Positions 16,393-24,259 of a stretch of 55,115 bases of DNA are shown one piece after another. This DNA comes from Terriglobia bacterium (GTDB taxonomy: Bacteria; Acidobacteriota; Terriglobia; Acidiferrales; 2-02-FULL-67-57), in contig JBHIAG010000002.1 of the NCBI GenBank assembly GCA_046758465.1, forward strand, positions 1-55,115, in the 5' to 3' direction. A program made the position numbers and the translations under genes. Position 1 is the first letter of the stretch. The number at the start of each line of letters is the position of its first letter. Under the pieces are notes generated by a model. The model did no database searches. It saw only the letters and a list, made by a program, of their open reading frames with translations, and was not told the DNA's origin.

Positions 16393-18075
16393 ATGAAATG
16401 CACACGCATCTTGGGACTCGCAGTCGTCTTGCTTCTTCCGACTCAGGCTCTGGCACAGACCGCCGACATCATCCTCATCAACGGAAATGTCATTACCGTG
16501 GATGAACGAAAGCCGCGGGCGGAGGCCATTGCAATCCAGGGCGAGCGAATCCTGGCCGCCGGTTCTAATGAAGAAATCAAGCATCTGCGCGAGAGCCGGA
16601 CGCATGTGGTTGATCTTCAGGGGAAGACAGTTATTCCGGGCATGGTGGACGGGCATCTGCACTTTGTGGGACTCGGATCTGATCGCGGTGCGTCGCTTGA
16701 TCTGAGCGAGGCGAGAAGTGAGGCGGATGTGGCGGCGCAGGTCCGGCGTGCGCTTGGACGCGTAAAGCGGGGGGAGTGGATCACCGGCGGGGATTGGCAT
16801 ACGGGGAACTGGGATCGAGAACAGTGGCCGACCAAGGGGTCGCTGGACCAAGCGGCTCCAAACAATCCGGTGTTGCTGAGGGGGATGCACGGACACGCCA
16901 GTTGGGTCAACTCGAAGGCGCTCGAAATGGCAGGCATCACCAAGAACACGCCAGACCCGCCCGGCGGCAAGATCCTGCGCGACGACAAAACGGGTGAGGC
17001 GAGTGGCATTCTCATCGAGAATGCGCAGGCCCTGGTTCGCAACAAGATCCCGGAGACCAGCCGCGAGCCCCTGAAAGAGCGCATCAAGAAAAGCATCCGG
17101 CTGGCGCTGTCGTACGGCTTTGTCGGCGCGCATGATATGGGAACATCGCTCCAGACCGTTGAGGCTTACAAGGAACTGATTGATGTCGGCGAGTTTCCGT
17201 TCCGCATCAACGCTATTCCTCGTGTCCGGAATTCTGGGGCCCTGCTAGACGAAATCCTGAAGCGCGGGCCTCTCGTCGGCTATGGCAATCATCGCCTGAC
17301 GATGCGCGGCGTGAAGCTCTCGATCGACGGGGCGCTAGGATCACGAGGTGCAGCGATGATGCTGCCCTATGAGGACGAGCCGCACAACTTGGGCGTGATC
17401 CGCGTCCCGTACGAACAGCTCTACTTCATCTTGGAAAAATCGCTGAAGGCAGGGTTCAACGTGGCCATTCACGCCATCGGGGACCGCGGCAACCAGATGG
17501 CGCTGGACGCCGTTGAGCAGGCGCTGCTCGGCGTGCCGGTTCAGGACCATCGAATCCGGGTCGAGCATGCGCAGGTCGTGCAGCTGGAAGACCTGCCGCG
17601 TTTTGCCAGGCTCGGGATCCTGGCGTCGGTGCAGTGGATTCATTGCACGCTCGACATGCCCTGGGCCGAAAAGCGGATCGGCTCGGAGCGTATCCGGGGC
17701 GCGTACGCGTGGAGGACACTCCTGAACCACGGCGCGCGACTGGTTGGTGGCTCGGACGAAGGAGCGAAAACGTTCAGTCCATTCATGGGGATTTTCGCCG
17801 CCGTCACGCGCCAAGACGAGAAAGGTTGGCCCCAAGGAGGATGGTATCCCGACCAGAAGCTCACTCGTTATGAGGCGCTCAAGAGCTACACGCTCGATGC
17901 GGCCTATGCCAGCTTTGAAGAGGATGTTCTTGGCTCGATTACGCCGGGCAAGTATGCCGACGTCGTCGTCCTTTCCAAAGACATCATGACGGTCCCTGCT
18001 CCGGAGATTCTTCAAACCCAAGTCCTGATGACGATGGTTGGCGGCAAGATCGTCTTCGAGCGGAAGGAGCAATAA
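16393..18075 (+). CDS. secreted metal-dependent amidohydrolase (Amidohydro_3-like)
   Basis: Signal peptide, ..IPGMVDGHLHF.. metal-binding HxH motif, ..VAIHAIGD.., ..RVEHAQ.., ~560 aa. Confidence 0.85.
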   Translation: MKCTRILGLAVVLLLPTQALAQTADIILINGNVITVDERKPRAEAIAIQGERILAAGSNEEIKHLRESRTHVVDLQGKTVIPGMVDGHLHFVGLGSDRGASLDLSEARSEADVAAQVRRALGRVKRGEWITGGDWHTGNWDREQWPTKGSLDQAAPNNPVLLRGMHGHASWVNSKALEMAGITKNTPDPPGGKILRDDKTGEASGILIENAQALVRNKIPETSREPLKERIKKSIRLALSYGFVGAHDMGTSLQTVEAYKELIDVGEFPFRINAIPRVRNSGALLDEILKRGPLVGYGNHRLTMRGVKLSIDGALGSRGAAMMLPYEDEPHNLGVIRVPYEQLYFILEKSLKAGFNVAIHAIGDRGNQMALDAVEQALLGVPVQDHRIRVEHAQVVQLEDLPRFARLGILASVQWIHCTLDMPWAEKRIGSERIRGAYAWRTLLNHGARLVGGSDEGAKTFSPFMGIFAAVTRQDEKGWPQGGWYPDQKLTRYEALKSYTLDAAYASFEEDVLGSITPGKYADVVVLSKDIMTVPAPEILQTQVLMTMVGGKIVFERKEQ

Positions 18076-18155
18076 CACCGCCCACCGACGTTCTCTCCAA
18101 CTCACGCTGAAAACCATCGAGCGGAAGATTGCCACGGTAGACTTGAAAGTTCTCG

Positions 18156-18184
18156 TTGACACCCCCGAAGCGCAGGATTAGGGT
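18156..18184 (+). promoter_or_regulatory. sigma70-type promoter related to the cassette
   Basis: CGTTGACA CCCCCGAAGCGCAGGAT TAGGGT. An AAGGGAGG SD precedes the ATG at 18228. Confidence 0.5.
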
Positions 18185-18227
18185 AGCAACCTCGAAATTC
18201 CCCACACTTCAGAAAGGGAGGACAACC

Positions 18228-18689
18228 ATGCGTCGAATTTTGCTGGTGTTTGCAAGTGTTGCAGTTTTGAGTCTGACGCTCATTGCAGCGCCGTCCCAGA
18301 TAGCCGATGAAGTTATCGCTATAACGAAAGCACAGTGGGCGGCAGAGATGCAGAACGATATTGCAGCGGCGATGAAGAACGTGGCTGACGATTACACAGA
18401 GTTCAATCCCGACTATCCCACTAGGCTCGATGGCAAGGCATTGAATGTGCGGCTTGCCGAAGCACAGGCAAGTGGCAGTGGGCGTCTGGTGGCAGCGGAG
18501 ATGGCCAACGCAAAGGTGCAGGTATATGACAATGTGGCCATCCTCACCTACAACTTCATCGGTTCCACAAGAGATAAAGACGGCAACATCGAAGCTGTAC
18601 GTGCAAAGTCAACCCGTGTGTACGTGAAAAAAGGCGGGCAGTGGTGGCTTGTACACGCCAACTTTGCTCCGGTTGACGTAGAGAATTAG
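18228..18689 (+). CDS. secreted NTF2-like (DUF4440/SnoaL-like) protein
   Basis: Signal peptide plus ..DDYTEFNP..VQVYDNVAILTY..KSTRVYVKKGGQWWLVHANFAP.., an NTF2-fold pattern. Confidence 0.6.
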   Translation: MRRILLVFASVAVLSLTLIAAPSQIADEVIAITKAQWAAEMQNDIAAAMKNVADDYTEFNPDYPTRLDGKALNVRLAEAQASGSGRLVAAEMANAKVQVYDNVAILTYNFIGSTRDKDGNIEAVRAKSTRVYVKKGGQWWLVHANFAPVDVEN

Positions 18690-18838
18690 GTGCAAGTGCT
18701 GACCGAAGCTTACGAGCAGGTGGAAGCGGGACAGTTGCTGAAGCTGCGGGACAAGGCCACTCGTTGCGTCAAGAGCTTCATTTCGCGCTATCGGCCCGAT
18801 CTGAGCTACATCCCGGCAGGCCAATAGACGGGCTGTAT

Positions 18839-18869
18839 CAAGGGGAAGTTCAGGCGGAGTGACGGAGTG
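18839..18869 (-). repeat. degenerate relic ORF-tail module in minus orientation
   Basis: rc: CACTCCGTCACTCCGCCTGAACTTCCCCTTG, followed (rc of ~18790-18830) by a decayed promoter part ATTGGCCTGCCGGGATGTAGCT. Confidence 0.4.
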
Positions 18870-18965
18870 TGTCTAGTTGACGGCGCAGAAGCTCAAATCT
18901 AGCTCTGCGGGAGATGCTAGACTATTTGCAGGGAGTGGCGAGGGGGATTAGGGAGGAAGGCCATT

Positions 18966-19181
18966 ATGGGTAGCCATTGGAAACAATTCGAAGGCGCTCT
19001 GAATTCCGCTGCCAAGAATATCGGCAAGGAGCCGCGTTTCCAGGTTATCCCCGACCAGCGCAACACTCTGTATGAAATTCGCTACGGAAATAAGTGGCAG
19101 TCTGTAGACCTGTCGGAAGCTGAGCAGTTTCTTAGCGATCCGTCCAGGCTTGCAGAATTCGTGAACCAGTTTCTTGGTTAA
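18966..19181 (+). CDS. hypothetical protein
   Basis: 71-aa ORF with a GGGAGGAAGG SD in an AT-richer patch, convergent with the orphan operon. Confidence 0.45.
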   Translation: MGSHWKQFEGALNSAAKNIGKEPRFQVIPDQRNTLYEIRYGNKWQSVDLSEAEQFLSDPSRLAEFVNQFLG

Positions 19182-19254
19182 GTATCATCCGCCGATTGCT
19201 CGATGGGTGGCTGGGACTGGCCTGGTTGCCGCTAACGGGGGAAACGCTTCCGCA

Positions 19255-19767
19255 CTAAATTTTCCCCGTCAAGCCTGGCTGCCAATCTTTCAGCATCCCG
19301 CGCTGCCGCAGGAGTTTGGTGTATGCGTCCGGGTCTTTTTCCGCCAGTTCGGCCAAGTCAGCAAGCTCCCGTTCTGGCTCTTTCTTCTCGGGCGGTTTTT
19401 CTGCCCCTTGGGGCGGCTGCTCTTCCGTCTTGCCTAGAGCGAGCTTGCCTTTGTCGCGCAATTCGCAGAAGGCCGCCTTAAGGTTTTGAGGATTGACCTG
19501 CCAGCCACGCTCCGCCAGGTACTCGCCGATAGTCCTAGCGTTTTTCAAGTCGTCCTCACGCGACACTGCGCGCAGTTCCGGGTGTGCCCGCGCCAAGCCA
19601 GTTGCACAGGCGCTTTCGAAGCTCCAAGCCGCCATGCTTTCGGAAAACTGAAACCGTTGTTTGATGCTGCCCAAGTTGTCCTCGAAAATCTCCTCCAACA
19701 CCGTCTCAAGCGCGCCAAGCGGGTTGCGGTTGAACTCCTCTAAGAAAGCGTCCTTGTTCTGAGCCAC
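19255..19767 (-). CDS. hypothetical protein (last gene of the orphan operon)
   Basis: 170-aa ORF with an acidic helical N-half and a Lys/Glu/Pro-rich tail. It is tightly packed behind the large ORF. No family recognised. Confidence 0.5.
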   Translation of the reverse strand: MAQNKDAFLEEFNRNPLGALETVLEEIFEDNLGSIKQRFQFSESMAAWSFESACATGLARAHPELRAVSREDDLKNARTIGEYLAERGWQVNPQNLKAAFCELRDKGKLALGKTEEQPPQGAEKPPEKKEPERELADLAELAEKDPDAYTKLLRQRGMLKDWQPGLTGKI

Positions 19768-19776
19768 GATGTTCTC

Positions 19777-22772
19777 CTAGTCTTCCGGCCCCACAATCTT
19801 CACGCCCTCAGCGCGTAGCATGACCTTGACGATTTGGGTGATCTTGGCCCGCTGGCTTTGGTACAGCTTGCGGAGAACCTTGCGGCCTTTGGGCGACTTG
19901 ACCGCTGAGGGCATTTTTCTCATCAACCCTCGTGCCAGTTGGCCGTGCAGCCGGCCCCAGGCGCGCTCGAACTTTTCCTGAGTTTCTGGCGTCGTACCAC
20001 CCGCGACTCGAATCTGCGGAGCGCGCACTCGCTCAATACCAGCCGCACGCAAGAACTCTTCTTCGGGGGAAAGCTCTGCTGAAAGCACGCGGGAGCCGAC
20101 TGCGGCAGGCGCGGGAATGTCCGTACCCGAGATGAAGCGGCGCGGCTCCTTCGGCTTACCCGTGAACGGATCAATGCGCACCTCTCCCGTCTTAGAGAGG
20201 AACGGAATGTCACCGAAGCCACTCGCCCGCTCCTCGGGCGAAAGTAACTGTTCAAACACACCGAGCACGGTGCGCTGGGGAAAATAGCTGGAGATGAACT
20301 CCTCGAATCGCTTCCGCAAACTCCGCGCCGAGAGCCGTCCGTCTAGGTGGTCTGTCACCGCGCCCCATAGTTTTCCCACCAGTCCGGGCGACGACAAGAA
20401 AGTGACACTTGAATTCACAAGTTCCTTCCGCGCCTTCTCGCTATCCCCCCGTAACAGGGCTGCGAAAAACAGACCCTCGACCAAGAAAAGAATGCCCCCG
20501 AGCCTCTTACGACGCACCACTTTGCCGTCTAGGTCTTTAAACTGGTACTCGAAGCGGTCAAAGTCCACCTCGTCATAGATGGTTTCGTTGACAAAGTGGA
20601 CAAAGCCTGCGCCTTCCAAGTTCCGCACGGCGAACGCCACGGCATCATCAGCGGTGGCCCTGCCAGCCACAACCTTGCGGTAGAAACTCGGCGCGGCGGG
20701 TGTGAACTCAGCAAGAAAGCGCAACCATTGAAGCCGAATTTCGCAAAAGGTGACAAAAGCAAAATCGTAAAAGGGTGTCCGGTCAAACGCTCGATAGAAG
20801 CTGGCAGGGGCAGGGTGAATGATGCTTTCTGCCCTTCCTTCAATGCTTGTGTTACCACGTTCGGGTCTTTGAGCAATTCCGCCGCCCGCCGCCGCACAAA
20901 GTTTTGCCGGGCAACTCCGTGCAGGCCGCGACTTACTGCTTCCCGATGCGCTTGCGCCAGAATGGTTGATTTGAACGCGAAAGCTCGCGCCGTGCCATCT
21001 ACGAGCGTCTTCAACTTCAGCCCCGTGAAGGCGGCAATATCGGCACGCTCGCCGAAGAATGGTTTGAAGCGCAGCGAGAGGGCGGGGTCGGTTCCTAGTA
21101 CACGCTCCAACTCTTCTTTAGGGAATGCCCGCCAGTAGCGGATAGCATCAAAGGTTCCCTGCACACGCTTTCCAGGCTGGCCGGTGCGGACGAAATCGAG
21201 CACGTCGCTAACAATATCGCGCTGGCCCTTCTCCGCCAGCGTGCCGATGTCGCTGGGTAAGTCGGCGAGAAACGAAAACCAGGGGAAAATCGCACGACGC
21301 CAAAAATCAATCCCGAAGATGCGAGCGGCGCGGCCAAGGTTCCTGCTTTTGAGTGCTTCGACTCCTTCGCGGAATAGAGTCTTTGCTGGCCCAGATTCCA
21401 GCGCAGGCAACCCTTCAAGGCTGACGTTTGCGCGCTTCATCAGGTTGACTAACGTATCAACGGCGGCTCGCGCTTCCGCCCGCGCCTGGGCACTCACAGG
21501 CTCTTGAAAAGCGCGGCCAGTGAGTCCGAAAGTGCGGGCGAAGCGTACCCGCTGACGACTGGCAAGACTCATAAGCGAAACCAGTGCTTGTGCCTGCTCG
21601 ACCGTCGCAAGGTTCTCGGCCTTGCCGATTGTATTGGTGGCAAATTCCTTGATTTGCTCGCTGAGGATGACTGTGGCCTTGTTCAGCGTGCGGACCCGCT
21701 GCGGGGAAACGGTGAGCGACGTGCGGCGAGCAACCTGCTCCTCGGCCAACTGGCGGGCGCGCTCGCCCGCGATTCCGCGCAGTTGCCGTTCAAGAATGTC
21801 GGTCTCAACCTCGCGCCCTAGTTGGCGCAGAGGCACCTTGGCCGTCGCTGCGACCGTTCCGGTTTCCGCAATGGCCGGGGCTTGCTCCAAAGTGATTCGC
21901 CCAATGTCATCTAGCTCGTTGATGACGGCACGGACGGATTCTCCGAGCTGGCTTCCCTCCTGTTGCAGCGCATCTTTAATCGGCTTCGCCCGCAAGATTG
22001 CCTGCAATTCCCGGCGTGCTGTGGCCGCCAAAAGCTCGTCGCCGGGTTCAACTCCTTTCATGCGCGTGGTGAGCCGAGTCCACGCGTTTGCGATAGCCTC
22101 GGGTACACCGCTCATCCTAAGAGCTGCGACACCACCAGGGAAAAGCGCGGAAATTCCCGCTAGCGTGCCCGCTTCGCGCAAGCGTTCGGTCGGCTGGCCA
22201 GCTACTTCTCTGCGCGGAACCACCGCGCCGAACTTGGCCCCGACCGCACCGGATCGAATTGTTTCCTCAACCAGCCGTGGGAGTGAGATGCCACGCTCGG
22301 CTAGTGCGCCAGCTAAACGACTGCCAACGGTTTTTTCAAAGACCTTCTTCCCAGCAGCGCGCGCCACCGGACTCGCCACGCCGCCGACAGGTATTCCCAT
22401 CGCAAGCAAGTCGAGGCTGGCGGCTTTCAGCGCCTCTTCCTCCTCGGGAGTATGTTTGGGAATGCCAAAGCGCCTGCCAGTGTGCCGCTCCACGTAAAGT
22501 TTTTCATGCTCGTTGGGTTCTTCCCCTGGCCCGAGCCTGCGGGCCATCGGGGGCCACCCAAAAGCAATTTTCGTCGCCTTGAGTTGACGCCGGGGGATGT
22601 CGAGGATGTCACGGACAACATCTACAACCGCTTCTCCAACCGCCCCAGGAATTGCGCCGGCGACAGACATCTCCCGCATTTCGACCTCGGGCGGTGGTGG
22701 AGGGGGCGGGACCGCGAGTTCGTCACGGATGCGACGCCCGGCGCGTTCGATGGCAGCTTGAAGGTCGCCCAT
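19777..22772 (-). CDS. large (~1000-aa) hypothetical protein whose reading frame switches by -1 near 20769-20775
   Basis: The 747-aa ORF (20529-22772) looks protein-like only up to ..PLPASIERLTGHPF and then becomes compositional junk. The -1 frame reads ..PFYDFAFVTFCEIRLQWLRFLAEF.. into the 315-aa ORF (19777-20724). No family recognised. Confidence 0.55.
20769..20775 (-). other. CCCUUUU slippery heptamer at the frame switch of the large ORF
   Basis: rc(20769-20775)=C CCT TTT in the upstream (zero) frame (caC CCT TTT acg). A -1 slip gives CCC TTT TAC.., exactly the downstream frame. Confidence 0.45.
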
Positions 22773-22784
22773 TGCTATGGATTC

Positions 22785-23009
22785 CTATCTGCTTAGAGAA
22801 AAATCAATAAGCTTCTCAAGATTGGTGTTGAGTCTGTCGGTCTTCATGGCGCGGAGAATCCGCCGAAGGTTTTTCTTCACGGCTGGGTCTGTTGTGGCAT
22901 CCCTGCGTGCAAGCAGAGTGGCTTGTTTTTTGTCGCCACCACCTTGCACCCAGTATGCTCCGGCCAACGCGCTGATCTCATCCTGCCTCACTGGCTGAAG
23001 GTTACTCAT
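22785..23009 (-). CDS. hypothetical 74-aa protein, paralogous to the C-terminus of the upstream gene
   Basis: QDEISALAGAYWVQGGGDKKQATLLARRDATTDPAVKKNLRRILRAMKTDRLNTNLEKLIDF aligns with QGEVNALAGAYLVQAGNDVRQAMQLALKEARTDPHVRRNLPLILRAVKAGKLDTALEDLLRF of the 286-aa protein. Confidence 0.55.
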   Translation of the reverse strand: MSNLQPVRQDEISALAGAYWVQGGGDKKQATLLARRDATTDPAVKKNLRRILRAMKTDRLNTNLEKLIDFSLSR

Positions 23010-23012
23010 GTG

Positions 23013-23873
23013 TCACTCCTGATTTTGGTCTTGCCTGCCTGCTTCGAGAAATCGGAGCAGGTCTTCCAAAGCAGTGTCAAGTTTGCCAGCCTTGACAGCA
23101 CGAAGAATCAGCGGAAGATTTCTCCGCACGTGTGGGTCTGTTCTGGCCTCTTTGAGTGCGAGCTGCATCGCCTGGCGTACATCGTTGCCAGCTTGAACTA
23201 GGTATGCGCCGGCCAGCGCATTGACCTCACCCTGCCGCCCTGCCTGAGCCGCAGCGCGCCTTTCGGCGGGCGATAGCGGCTCAAAGTTCGAAATGCGCTT
23301 GATCTCCCCGCCAGTCGCCCTGTCGAGGAAAACCAAGTCACGCCCGCTCATGCGGGTGAAATATTTTTGTTCATCGCCCGCGCGGAAGAAATCTAAAACC
23401 TCCCGCGCCTCGTCAGTCCGCCCCTGCTGGAAAAGTTTGGCTGCCAAGCCCTGAAATGACGTGGGCTGTTTTGGCGGTTTCGGGCGTCCAAGCAGTCTCG
23501 TCCGCTCTTCCTCCGCAGCCACTTCCCGCTCGCGCAAACCGAACGCGCGTTCCTCGCTCCGTCGCTGGGCCTCTTGCTGACGGCGAATCAATTGCTGCTG
23601 TTGGACGGCACCGAAGCCACGCGCAAAGCCCGCTGCCACGCCACCTTCAGGGCCAGAAAGTGAGCCGGCGATGGCTGTGGGCAGATTAGTCAAAAAAGCG
23701 TGCATGAAAGTGGGCCGCGTCTGAAGCTCAACTTGCGGCACCATGACGGGCATGGTGCCGAGTTCACCATCCGCACCGCCAAGAGGAATCTCCCCGACTT
23801 GCTGTACGCCGACCTGCTTATAGCCTGTTGGAACCGGGCTGAAGCTGAATTCGCGTTTGAGTCCTTCTCCCAT
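23013..23873 (-). CDS. hypothetical protein with coiled-coil centre and the duplicated C-terminal domain
   Basis: Start re-picked at the ATG at 23873, 5 nt after a GGAGAGGGAG SD. Gln/Arg/Glu-rich middle. No family recognised. Confidence 0.55.
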   Translation of the reverse strand: MGEGLKREFSFSPVPTGYKQVGVQQVGEIPLGGADGELGTMPVMVPQVELQTRPTFMHAFLTNLPTAIAGSLSGPEGGVAAGFARGFGAVQQQQLIRRQQEAQRRSEERAFGLREREVAAEEERTRLLGRPKPPKQPTSFQGLAAKLFQQGRTDEAREVLDFFRAGDEQKYFTRMSGRDLVFLDRATGGEIKRISNFEPLSPAERRAAAQAGRQGEVNALAGAYLVQAGNDVRQAMQLALKEARTDPHVRRNLPLILRAVKAGKLDTALEDLLRFLEAGRQDQNQE

Positions 23874-23875
23874 GT

Positions 23876-24157
23876 CTACTCCCTCTCCTTGCAAGATATC
23901 GGTGCTGGCCTGGTCTCAACTGGCGCGCCGCCGCTGAGAGGTGGGCACGGGAATTTTTGAAATAGATACGCTTCGGCTTCACCCAGCAGTTCAGCCAGCT
24001 TTGCGCGCTCCCACTGGCTAGCCTCGGCTTGGCCGTGGACGATCTGGCTTAGACGGCTGGACGAGATGCCCGCTGCCGCCGCGATGCGCGTTTGCTTGTA
24101 CCCATTGCGCCAGAGCGCACGGTGTAGGTTTTCGAGCACTGCCCTCCCCTCCTTCAT
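23876..24157 (-). CDS. small helix-turn-helix DNA-binding protein (XRE/Cro-like)
   Basis: ..YKQTRIAAAAGISSSRLSQIVHGQ.. HTH. Start set at the ATG at 24157, because the longer ORF would include the intrinsic terminator at 24181-24208. Confidence 0.6.
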   Translation of the reverse strand: MKEGRAVLENLHRALWRNGYKQTRIAAAAGISSSRLSQIVHGQAEASQWERAKLAELLGEAEAYLFQKFPCPPLSGGAPVETRPAPISCKERE

Positions 24158-24180
24158 GGAATTTCCTTGCAGGCCACGGT

Positions 24181-24208
24181 AAAAAAAAGCCCCGCCCGAA
24201 GACGGGGC
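24181..24208 (-). terminator. rho-independent terminator
   Basis: Minus strand: GCCCCGTC-TTCG-GGCGGGGC (8-bp stem including one G-U) followed by TTTTTTTT, 52 nt after the stop of the 24260-25330 gene. Confidence 0.8.
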
Positions 24209-24259
24209 CTTCTCTCGAATCTGTAGCACTGGGATGCTACTTGGCCTACTTACTCTACA

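Noticed and set aside
16228-17133. Long ORFs antisense to confident genes (for example 16228-17133, 46857-48266, 50883-51986, 53746-54753, 41617-42333, 26049-27017, 1089-1715)
   Set aside because: These are typical GC-rich shadow ORFs. They have Arg/Pro/Gly/Ala-biased composition, no motifs, and overlap genes with clear family signatures on the other strand.
2617-18869. The repeated tail+promoter units might be integron attC sites or a gene-cassette array
   Set aside because: No IntI-type integrase is present. The units lack the inverted R''/L''-L'/R' core structure of attC, carry their own promoters, and occur in both orientations.
20529-20768. Treating the 747-aa and 315-aa ORFs as two genuine overlapping genes
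   Set aside because: The last 80 codons of the upstream ORF are compositional junk. The downstream frame is protein-like well upstream of its first start codon, so a single interrupted gene fits better.
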